A DNA stretch of 64,000 bases from NCBI GenBank assembly GCA_964421565.1, contig CAYQXJ010000001.1:192241-256240 (forward strand), read 5' to 3'. The notes below the pieces were generated by a model. That model did no database searches. It had not been told where the DNA came from and saw only the letters and a list, made by a program, of their open reading frames with translations. The position numbers were made by a program, and so were the translations under genes. Of this stretch, positions 41,015-48,836 are shown in pieces. Within the stretch, counting starts at the first letter, position 1, and the number at the start of each line of letters is the position of its first letter. The stretch comes from an uncultured candidatus Brocadiaceae bacterium. Its GTDB lineage: Bacteria > Planctomycetota > Brocadiia > SM23-32.

Positions 41015-41659
41015 GTGACCATGTGCGAGACACTCAGCGCGATCCTCGACAGCGGTGTGGTGGCCATCATTCGGGCCGACCGCTCGGAGGGGCTGGTCGA
41101 AGCGGGCAGGGCACTTGCCCGCGGCGGTGTGCGGTGTGTCGAGGTCACAATGACTACCCCCGGCGCGCTGGACGCCATCGCCGGCCTGTGCGAGGCGAGC
41201 GGGGGGGCCTTCATTGTGGGGGCGGGCAGCGTTCTCGACGCGGAGACCGCCCGCGCATGCATCCTGGCCGGGGCCGAATTCCTGGTGATGCCCACCACCG
41301 ACCGTGGCGCGATCCGAATGGCGAAGCGCTACGGCAAGGTCGTCTGCCCGGGCGCGCTCTCGCCGACCGAGGTGCTCTCGGCGTGGCAGGCCGGCGCCGA
41401 CATCGTGAAGGTCTTTCCCGCATCGCTCGGCGGTCCGGCCTACCTTAAGGCGCTGAAGGGGCCGCTGCCGCAGGTGCGCCTGATGCCAGTCGGGGGGGTG
41501 AGTGCGGACAACGCGGCCGACTTCATCCGCGCGGGAGCCTGCGCGGTGGCCCTCGGAAGCGCCCTGGTCAACGACCGGCGCATCGAGACGGCGGATTGGG
41601 ACGCGATAACGCAGGCAGCACGCCAGGTCGTGGAGGCGGTTGGAGAGGCCAGGTCATGA
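41015..41659 (+). CDS. eda: KDPG/KHG aldolase (Eda family)
   Basis: 214 aa. AIIRADRSEG...VRCVEVTMTTPGAL...GAGSVLD...VFPAS..GGPAYLKALKGPLPQVRLMPVGGV typical of Eda. Confidence 0.85.
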   Translation: MTMCETLSAILDSGVVAIIRADRSEGLVEAGRALARGGVRCVEVTMTTPGALDAIAGLCEASGGAFIVGAGSVLDAETARACILAGAEFLVMPTTDRGAIRMAKRYGKVVCPGALSPTEVLSAWQAGADIVKVFPASLGGPAYLKALKGPLPQVRLMPVGGVSADNAADFIRAGACAVALGSALVNDRRIETADWDAITQAARQVVEAVGEARS

Positions 41660-43285
41660 GCTGGCGATCGGGCAGAAGGGATCGCACTCGGTGAACGGGT
41701 CGAGCCCGAGCCCGCTGGTGACGGCCATGCAGCCGGCGCAGACGGCGTGCAGCGCGCAGTTGCCACAGGTCGCCGTCCCGCGGCGGTAGCGATCGGCCGC
41801 CTCTGAGTCGTAGATCTCCGCCAGGGCGTTCTGGCCGACGTTGCCGATTGCCGAAGGGAACTTGCGGCACGCGTGCACCTCGCCGTCCGGCAGCAGGGCC
41901 AGGAAGTTGAACGCCGCCCCGCACCCGTAGCCCGTGCACCCCCCGAAGATGCCTTCCCCCCGAGCATCGCGCACCGGATTCAGCAGATTGTCCTTCAACG
42001 TCAGCATCGCATTCTCGCGCGCAGCGTCGAGGTAGTCCTCCATGAAGGCCGAATAACGCTCAGGGGAGGGCAGAAGCAGGTGCGCACCTTCGCCTACCGG
42101 CGAGAGGCGGTTGAAGGTGAAGCTGTCCGTCTTGCCGCGCAGCTCCTCGGCGAGTGGCAACACCTGGTCAATGTTGGCGTCGGTAAGGGTGAGCATCACG
42201 GCGGAGCGCACCCCGGCGGCCCTCAGCACGTCCAGGAACTCCAACGTGCGGCGAAAGTGCCCCTCGCCCCGTATGCTGTCATTGTGCTCGGCGAGCCCTT
42301 CCAGGCTCACCTGGTAGTAGCGGGGGCGCTGTACTTCTACGATGCGCTCGACATCTTCCTCCGAAGCAGGATTGCCGAGTATGGAGGTGTTGAACCCACG
42401 ATCGGCTGCAGCGCGATAGAGGTCCAGGAACGCTGGATGCAGCAGGGGATTGCCGCCGGTCAGGCAGACGTGGCCGCGCACGTAGCGGTCCCAGCAGAAG
42501 CTGCGCATCTCATCCAGCACCCGCAGCCCCTGTTCGAGCGTCAGGGGTGAACGCTGGCTGCGATCGTAACAGTGCTTGCAGTGCAGATCGCAGCGGTTGG
42601 TGATGTGCCACTGAAGCGTGAAGTTTTCGGCCCTCAAGAACCGCTCCGGTGTGTCGGCCCTGTTGCGGTCGGCTGCACGCCACAGGCGAGGCGGCGGAGC
42701 CAGCAACAGCCCCTTCTCGATGGCGCGCCAAACCAGCCGGTCCACGGTGCCGACCGGCACTCTCCCCTCGTGCGCAGCCTCCTGCGCAGAGATGCCTTCT
42801 GCGTAGAGCTTCACCACGAGCAGATCGCCGTCCTCAGCTTTCTCGGTGCGCAGTTCATCCTTCTGCGGGTTGCGCCACACGGCAATCCACTCGCGCTCCT
42901 TGCGCAGGGGCCCCTCCGCAGAGCCCTTTGAGAATGCATCGCTGAGGGACCAGCGGACGTCGAGCACGTGGAGACTGGGGTTCAGAATGATCGACTCTGT
43001 CGTGCTCGGCAGCTCACAGCTTGCGACCTCGCAACGCGCGCGCGCCAGCCTCGCCACGTCCGTTACCAGCTCTGGCGACCTGGTCTGTTTCAGTGTTCGG
43101 TGAACGGCCCGTAGCAACTGCGGCGGGTGCTCGGCGGACGCCGCGCCTGTGCCGTTGCGAGCCCGTAAACCGCTTGACGCCTGGACCCCCTGATGGTTAG
43201 CCATCCTTAGAAAACGCCCCCTGGCGTGGCAGGGCCGCCCCCAACGGCGGCCCCCACGCCGCTTTAAGTCATCGTTCGGGACCAT
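41654..43285 (-). CDS. Radical SAM/SPASM-domain enzyme with a ~215-aa N-terminal extension containing a sigma-70 region-4-like / RRE-like winged helix
   Basis: 543 aa. The CxxxCxxC motif (HITNRCDLHCKHCYD) is at aa 232-239. The C-terminal Cys-rich SPASM-like region is GGCTGYGCG...CRKF...TCGNCALHAVCAGC...ECDPFC. The N-terminal segment LLVVKLYAEGISAQEAAHEGRVPVGTVDRLVWRAIEKGLL resembles ECF sigma region 4. Confidence 0.75.
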   Translation of the reverse strand: MVPNDDLKRRGGRRWGRPCHARGRFLRMANHQGVQASSGLRARNGTGAASAEHPPQLLRAVHRTLKQTRSPELVTDVARLARARCEVASCELPSTTESIILNPSLHVLDVRWSLSDAFSKGSAEGPLRKEREWIAVWRNPQKDELRTEKAEDGDLLVVKLYAEGISAQEAAHEGRVPVGTVDRLVWRAIEKGLLLAPPPRLWRAADRNRADTPERFLRAENFTLQWHITNRCDLHCKHCYDRSQRSPLTLEQGLRVLDEMRSFCWDRYVRGHVCLTGGNPLLHPAFLDLYRAAADRGFNTSILGNPASEEDVERIVEVQRPRYYQVSLEGLAEHNDSIRGEGHFRRTLEFLDVLRAAGVRSAVMLTLTDANIDQVLPLAEELRGKTDSFTFNRLSPVGEGAHLLLPSPERYSAFMEDYLDAARENAMLTLKDNLLNPVRDARGEGIFGGCTGYGCGAAFNFLALLPDGEVHACRKFPSAIGNVGQNALAEIYDSEAADRYRRGTATCGNCALHAVCAGCMAVTSGLGLDPFTECDPFCPIASS

Positions 43286-43311
43286 GGCTGGTGCCGCGGC
43301 CCCTGGTTTCG

Positions 43312-43542
43312 TCAGCTACAAGAGCCCTGGCCACACGAAGACGCGTCGGTCTTCTCACCCGAGCACGAGCCGTTGCCGCACGAGCCAGCGCCACATGAGG
43401 CTTTCTCCGTCTTGGTGCCGTCATCGTCACGGGCGGCTCCGCGGTGCGTGGATGAACATCCTGTCGCCGCCAGCGTTGCGCCGGCCAGCAGCCCGGCTAC
43501 GCTCAACGTTGCCAGCGCTCGTCCCAGCTTACCCTTATCCAA
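43312..43542 (-). CDS. Small Cys/Gly/Ser-rich lipoprotein-like peptide (candidate radical SAM substrate)
   Basis: 76 aa. TTG start with an AGGAGG Shine-Dalgarno 7 nt upstream. Signal/lipobox LSVAGLLAGATLAATGC. Core ...KASCGAGSCGNGSCSGEKTDASSCGQGSCS with repeated SCGxGSC. Stop lies 27 nt upstream of the rSAM gene on the same strand. Confidence 0.55.
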   Translation of the reverse strand: MDKGKLGRALATLSVAGLLAGATLAATGCSSTHRGAARDDDGTKTEKASCGAGSCGNGSCSGEKTDASSCGQGSCS

Positions 43543-43819
43543 TGAAGCCCCTCCTGTCGCGAGAGTGAAGAAACCACCGGGGGCACCTCGCCCTCCGGTC
43601 CCGTCTAACTATGTCACTGTGTGATACCTATTGTTCAGGTGAAAAGCGCCCCACATCGGCTTCTGCCCGGGGGGGCCGCACTTGATCAGGAGTTCAGACG
43701 CCACTGTACCAGGGCCGCAGCAGAACGGCTATAGGGCTCTTCCCCACCTGGGCGCTCGTTCTGCACCACAAGGCACGCAGAGACGCTGCCCATCTGCCGC
43801 TTTCGCCCTGGCTCCGGGG

Positions 43820-43841
43820 CCCGTGCTGTCGGGCGCACGGG
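43820..43841 (-). terminator. GC-rich hairpin (7-bp stem CCCGTGC/GCACGGG, 8-nt loop) 9 nt downstream of the Tat-sulfatase stop
   Basis: Inverted repeat read directly, with no U-tract, as is common in high-GC genomes. It separates the sulfatase from the peptide/rSAM unit, which has its own AT-rich upstream region. Confidence 0.3.
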
Positions 43842-43849
43842 CAGGGTGC

Positions 43850-45328
43850 TCAGTTCTTCCAGACGTCGGGGTCGTCGGTCTCGTGGCGCAACTGGCGCAT
43901 GCGCAACTGCAGTTGCGTGATCAGTTCCTCGTGGCCTTCCACAGCGGCCAGGTTGTGCAGCTCGTCCGGGTCTTCGCTCAGGTCGTAGAGTTCATGAGCC
44001 TGGGGCGAGCGGCTGTACCAGTGGATGTATTTGTGGCGCTCGGTGCGGATGCCACGGAAGGGGGGGATGTTGCCCAGTTCGGGGAACTCGTAGTACTCAT
44101 ACAGCCAGTCCTCTCGCCATGGCGTCGGTTCGCCCCGCAGCAACGGCAGAAAGCTGCGCCCCTGCATGTGGTCGGGCACCGGCGCGCCGGCAATCTCCAG
44201 CAGCGTGGGGGCGATGTCGATGTTGAGCACCATGGGATGGAGGACCGTGCCGGCGGGTATGCCAGCCGGCCATCGCAGCACGAACGGCACGCGTATAGAG
44301 GGTTCGTACATCAGGCGCTTGTCACCGAGGCCGAACTCGCCCATGAAACGGCCGTTGTCGGAGGTGTGGATGACCACGGTGTCCCGCGCCAGGCCCTGCT
44401 GCTGGAGTGCTTCGAGAACCTGGCCGACACTATCGTCGACGGCCGCCAGTAACTGGTATATCCTGCGCTGTCGCTCGGCCCACGCGGCGATCCTTGCGGG
44501 GTCTGTTCCCTTTGCTGCGCGGCTGCGCACCCACTCGGGCCGGTCGGACATGTCGGCGCCCCAGCTCTGCGGTGGGTCGAACTCGTGGTCCTCATACATG
44601 TGGGCGAACCGCTCCGGCGGCTCCAACGGCACGTGCGGCGCTTTGTACCAGACGAAAAGGATGAAGGGCTTGCTGTGCGGACGCCGTATGAACTGGAGCG
44701 CATGTTCCGTCAGTATGTCCGTAAGATGGCCCTCGTAAACGCGGTCCTCGTACGGTCCCTGGGGCGAGTCGGCCTCGGCGATTTGCGGGTTGTGGTACCA
44801 GCTATGGCCCTTGAAGCCGAAGTAGTAATCGAAGCCTCGGTCGCGCAGGTAGGGCTTGAAATGCGACTTGCCGATGAACGCCGTCTCGTAGCCGTGCCTT
44901 TGCATGATTTCCGGGAAGGTGACGAACTCCCTGGAGAGGGCTACCTCCTCGAGACGGGGCGTCACGCGGTTCGCGCAGATCAGGTGCGAGTGGCTGTATA
45001 GCCCGGTCATGATGGAGGCGCGGGAAGGCGCACACAGGGAGTTGGTGACGAATGCATTGCTCAGCAGGGCGCCTTCGTCTGCGATGCGGTCGATGTTTGG
45101 CGAGTGCACCCAGGGGTTCCCGTAGGCGCCGATGGCCGAGGCGGGGTGGTCATCCGGCATGAACATGACGATGTTGGGCCGGCCCATGCTATTTCCTGGC
45201 GGCATGTGTTCGGTCCCTTCTCTCTTCGTGGTCTGCAAACAGCCGGTGGATGAGGCGAGCAGCCCGGCGGCCGCGGTTGTCGCCGCCCCCTTCAGAAGGT
45301 TGCGCCTGTCGATGCGTATACTCTCCAC
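43850..45328 (-). CDS. Arylsulfatase-family sulfatase (Cys-type) with Tat signal peptide
   Basis: 492 aa. RRNLLKGAATTAAAGLLASS twin-arginine signal. FGly motif CAPSRASIMTG. C-terminal IRTERHKYIHW...ELYDLSEDPDELHNLA. Confidence 0.9.
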   Translation of the reverse strand: MESIRIDRRNLLKGAATTAAAGLLASSTGCLQTTKREGTEHMPPGNSMGRPNIVMFMPDDHPASAIGAYGNPWVHSPNIDRIADEGALLSNAFVTNSLCAPSRASIMTGLYSHSHLICANRVTPRLEEVALSREFVTFPEIMQRHGYETAFIGKSHFKPYLRDRGFDYYFGFKGHSWYHNPQIAEADSPQGPYEDRVYEGHLTDILTEHALQFIRRPHSKPFILFVWYKAPHVPLEPPERFAHMYEDHEFDPPQSWGADMSDRPEWVRSRAAKGTDPARIAAWAERQRRIYQLLAAVDDSVGQVLEALQQQGLARDTVVIHTSDNGRFMGEFGLGDKRLMYEPSIRVPFVLRWPAGIPAGTVLHPMVLNIDIAPTLLEIAGAPVPDHMQGRSFLPLLRGEPTPWREDWLYEYYEFPELGNIPPFRGIRTERHKYIHWYSRSPQAHELYDLSEDPDELHNLAAVEGHEELITQLQLRMRQLRHETDDPDVWKN

Positions 45329-45343
45329 CAGCGGCCTTTCTGC

Positions 45344-46456
45344 TCACCAATCGGCGACGGAGCCGTCGTCATGGGTGAGTCGCGGGTTGTCCCAGGTGCC
45401 CTCATAGGCGTTCTGCCGCACGGCCTGCTCGTCCACTTCGATCCCGAGTCCCGGCCCTTTCGGCAGGGGGATAAAGCCCTCGCGCACCTGGAATGGCGTT
45501 TCCAGATAGCTTTGCCCCAGGGTCACGTGTTCCTGGCACAGGAAGTTCGGGGTGCAGGCGTCCACCTGGAGGCATGCGGCCAGTGAGATGGGGCCGAGCG
45601 GGCAGTGGGGGGCGATCGCGGCGTAATGCGCCTCGGCCATGGCGGCGATCTTGCGCACTTCGAAGATGCCCCCGGCATGCGAGAGGTCCGGTTGTAGGAT
45701 GGCGGCGGCCTGTTTCTGCAGCACTTCGCGGAACGCCCACTTCGTGAAAAGCCTCTCGCCCGTTGCGACGGGCACGGTGGTGGAGCGCGCCACACGCGCA
45801 AGCTCGGCCACGTTGCCCGGCAGCACGGGCTCTTCGATGAACATGGGCTGGCACGGCTCGAGCGCCCGTGCCAGTCGTATCGCCATGGCCGGGCTGACGC
45901 GCCCGTGGAAGTCGACGCCGATGTCGACCGCATCCCCCACCTGCTCGCGCAGTCGGGCGACGCGCCCGGCGGCCTCCTCCACGTAGGCCTTGCTGTCAAC
46001 GAAGCGCACCGGCGCGGGCACGGACGTCTTGACGGCCGTGAAGTTCTGCCCCTCCAGGTCGGCGTTTGTGAAGTAGCCCTCCTTGTCGGACCAGCCGACG
46101 TGCCCGTAGACGCGGATGCGTTGCCGCACGGGTCCGCCGAGCAGTTCGTAGACCGGCACGCCGAGGGCTTTGCCCTTGATGTCCCACATGGCCTGTTCGA
46201 CGCCGCTCAGTGCGCTGGTGAGCACGGGCCCTCCGCGGTAGAAGCCTCCGCGGTAGATGGCCTGCCAGTGGTGCTCGATATTGCGGGGGTCCTGGCCGAC
46301 CAGGTAGCGCCCCATCTCGTGCACGGCGGCGGCCACGGTCTGCGACCAGCCTTCGACGACCGGTTCGCCCCAGCCGCAGAGACCCTCGTCGGTGTGCATC
46401 TTCAGAAACAGCCAGCGGGGCTTGACGAAGAACGTCTCCAGCTTCGTGATCTTCAA
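45344..46456 (-). CDS. Enolase-superfamily dehydratase (D-galactonate dehydratase DgoD-like / sugar-acid dehydratase-cycloisomerase)
   Basis: 370 aa. MKITKLETFFVKPRWLFLKMHTDEGLCGWGEP is the DgoD-family N-terminus. Mandelate racemase/muconate-lactonizing-enzyme (MR/MLE) C-terminal barrel ligands. Confidence 0.75.
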   Translation of the reverse strand: MKITKLETFFVKPRWLFLKMHTDEGLCGWGEPVVEGWSQTVAAAVHEMGRYLVGQDPRNIEHHWQAIYRGGFYRGGPVLTSALSGVEQAMWDIKGKALGVPVYELLGGPVRQRIRVYGHVGWSDKEGYFTNADLEGQNFTAVKTSVPAPVRFVDSKAYVEEAAGRVARLREQVGDAVDIGVDFHGRVSPAMAIRLARALEPCQPMFIEEPVLPGNVAELARVARSTTVPVATGERLFTKWAFREVLQKQAAAILQPDLSHAGGIFEVRKIAAMAEAHYAAIAPHCPLGPISLAACLQVDACTPNFLCQEHVTLGQSYLETPFQVREGFIPLPKGPGLGIEVDEQAVRQNAYEGTWDNPRLTHDDGSVADW

Positions 46457-46683
46457 CGCGTCCGCCTTTCTGTGCAGTCGCCTCCGGGCTCCGCGCGCCC
46501 GGCCGAGTCTCGCCCGCGATTATAGCCCGAGCCGAAGGGCGGACAAGTGGGCGCACCGGCGCCCGTGCGTACGCGCCGACGCGCGGTGGGAGCGCGAACC
46601 GCGACGCCCGGCTCGGGGCGAAGAATCGCCGCCGGGGGATGCCCTTCTCCGTTCCCTCCGTTGTAATGCCCTCGCCCCGGGGG

Positions 46684-46715
46684 TATAACGCTGCCGTCGC
46701 CAGTTACAACGCTGC
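46684..46715. promoter_or_regulatory. Direct repeat TAYAACGCTGC x2 (21-bp spacing) in the divergent promoter region between the enolase-family gene and the isomerase operon
   Basis: tataacgctgc ... tacaacgctgc, plus a flanking GTTGTAA/TTACAAC inverted repeat. Confidence 0.3.
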
Positions 46716-46860
46716 GAAAGGAACTACCCCGTGAGGGACGGACGGCGCCACCGGCGGACGGGCGACACGTCCCTCCGCCTGTGATCCCTCCTTGCGCTGC
46801 ACGCTCGTGACGCCCGGAGGTGGCGCGGCGGCCGCCCACTTGCTGAAAGGGAGTGCCAAT

Positions 46861-47694
46861 ATGATCTGGGGCTTTGCCGGCGTATGGCCCGGCGAGTTCG
46901 GCATCTATGAAGGTGACCGGACGCTGAACATACTGAGTTTCATCGTGGAACACGGGTTTCGCTCCTGCGGGCTGAGCCTGCGTTCCGTAAAGGACCCCGA
47001 ACGACGTGACGAGGTGGTTTCGATCGTCCAAACCCATGACCTTCGCCCCTCCATCCACTTTGGGGCGAAGTACTTCGAGGATGAACTGGCCGACCTGCTG
47101 AGTGCGGTGGACGATTTCCTGGCAGAGCTGCAGGAGTTCGGCCCGCTGGTGAATGCAAGCATCGTCACGACCGCCGTCGGCCCGTATCATCGGTTTATGG
47201 AGCAGCCGTCCCTGGAGGAGCAGATGGACCGACTCGCCGAGGTCTTCACGCCCCTTGCGGCCGGTTGCGCTGAACTCGGCGTGCCCTTCGGCATCGAAAA
47301 CCACGGCGACTATTACTGCAGCGACCTGGTGGCGCTCTGCGAACGGGTGCCGCACCTGGGCATGTTCCTCGATACAGGTAACACTTACCTGATTGGCGAG
47401 CAGAGCCTGCCCGCGTGCCGCGTCGCGGCGCCGTACACCATCGGCACCCATTTTAAGGACCACATGGTGCACCCCGACCCCAGCGAGCTGAAGTTCGTGG
47501 TCGAGGGCAGCGCCCTGGGAGAAGGGCATGTCGGCCTGCGTCAGGTGCACAGCTATCTGGCCGAGCTGGCTGCCGACCCGGATAACCTGGTCATGCAGTG
47601 GGAGATGGTGCCGCCGAAGGGCATGGACCCGTTTGTGTGCCTGGAACGAAGCTGGCAATTCGTCCGAAGCCTTGAGAAGGAAGAAACGCAATGA
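46861..47694 (+). CDS. Sugar phosphate isomerase/epimerase (xylose isomerase-like TIM barrel)
   Basis: Start MIWGFAG with a GGGAG RBS. IENHGD and TGNTYL metal-site blocks. Confidence 0.7.
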   Translation: MIWGFAGVWPGEFGIYEGDRTLNILSFIVEHGFRSCGLSLRSVKDPERRDEVVSIVQTHDLRPSIHFGAKYFEDELADLLSAVDDFLAELQEFGPLVNASIVTTAVGPYHRFMEQPSLEEQMDRLAEVFTPLAAGCAELGVPFGIENHGDYYCSDLVALCERVPHLGMFLDTGNTYLIGEQSLPACRVAAPYTIGTHFKDHMVHPDPSELKFVVEGSALGEGHVGLRQVHSYLAELAADPDNLVMQWEMVPPKGMDPFVCLERSWQFVRSLEKEETQ

Positions 47695-48836
47695 GCAGTG
47701 CCACAGAAGCGCCGCTGCGGGCGGTGCTGGTCGGATGCGGGGGGATGGGCGGCAACCAGGCGCGCATCCTGAATCGCCTGAAGGAGTTCGAACTCGTCGC
47801 CGTCTGCGACCTGGACGCCGAGGCCGCCGGGCGCGTCGCGGGTGAGAACGATGTAAAGCCGTATGCGGACTTCGGCGAGATGCTGGAAGCGGAGCGCCCG
47901 GACACCGTCTCCGTCACGACCTCGAACACGTCGCACGCCGCGCTCACCATCCAGGCCGCCGAGTTCGGTGTGCTGGGCGTTTACTGCGAGAAGCCGATGG
48001 CGACGAATCTGAAGGATGCCCGCGCCATGGTGGCGGCCTGCCGCGATAGGGGGATACCCCTTGTGATCAACCACCAGCGCCGCCTGGGGGCCGACCTGGT
48101 CGAAGCCCGGCGGCTGATCGAGGCCGGCGCGATCGGCGAAATCGAACGCGCGCGGGGCAACTGCGGCGGTGACCTGCTGAGCGACGGTACCCACCTTATC
48201 GACAGCCTGATGTGGATGCTCGGCGACCCCCAGCCGAAGTGGGCCTTCGGGCAGATACACCGCGAAATCAATGACTTCATGCGCCAGCGGGCTGAACAGC
48301 AGGGCCGCCGGTGGGAGCCCGGCTTTCGCTACGGCCACCACGTCGAGAACGGCGTCGCCGGCATGTTCGAGACGGAGACTGGCGTGCGCGTAGAACTGCT
48401 GACCGGTGACATGCGGGAGGAGGGCCGCCACTACCAGGACTACGAAGTCTTCGGCACGGAAGGTCGCCTCTGGCGCACGAACGCCCGGTTCCGACCGAAC
48501 CTGTTCATCCACGATGCGCAGGGCGGCACCTGGCACGCGGGGCTCGAAAACCACTGGCTCAAGCCCGTCCCCAGCGAGGACGGCTCCCCCGGGCTCTGGC
48601 GCCCGGTGGAGGTAGAATGGGACCGCCAGCGATCCGGCATAGCGGGCGGCTACCGCCTGTTCGCGCGCGCCGTCCATGAAAGAATAGAGCACCCCATGCG
48701 CGCTGAGCTCGCCCTGCGCGGCTTCGAGGCGCTGATCGGCATCTACGAATCCGCGCGCACCCACCGGCGGGTGCAACTGCCCGGAGCGCAGCCGGCGTTT
48801 CCGCTGGAGCTGATGGTCGAGGCCGGCGTCGTGTGA
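47691..48836 (+). CDS. Gfo/Idh/MocA-family NAD(P)-dependent oxidoreductase
   Basis: 381 aa. LRAVLVGCGGMGG Rossmann start and the EKP motif (CEKPMA). ATGA overlap with the upstream isomerase. Confidence 0.8.
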   Translation: MSSATEAPLRAVLVGCGGMGGNQARILNRLKEFELVAVCDLDAEAAGRVAGENDVKPYADFGEMLEAERPDTVSVTTSNTSHAALTIQAAEFGVLGVYCEKPMATNLKDARAMVAACRDRGIPLVINHQRRLGADLVEARRLIEAGAIGEIERARGNCGGDLLSDGTHLIDSLMWMLGDPQPKWAFGQIHREINDFMRQRAEQQGRRWEPGFRYGHHVENGVAGMFETETGVRVELLTGDMREEGRHYQDYEVFGTEGRLWRTNARFRPNLFIHDAQGGTWHAGLENHWLKPVPSEDGSPGLWRPVEVEWDRQRSGIAGGYRLFARAVHERIEHPMRAELALRGFEALIGIYESARTHRRVQLPGAQPAFPLELMVEAGVV

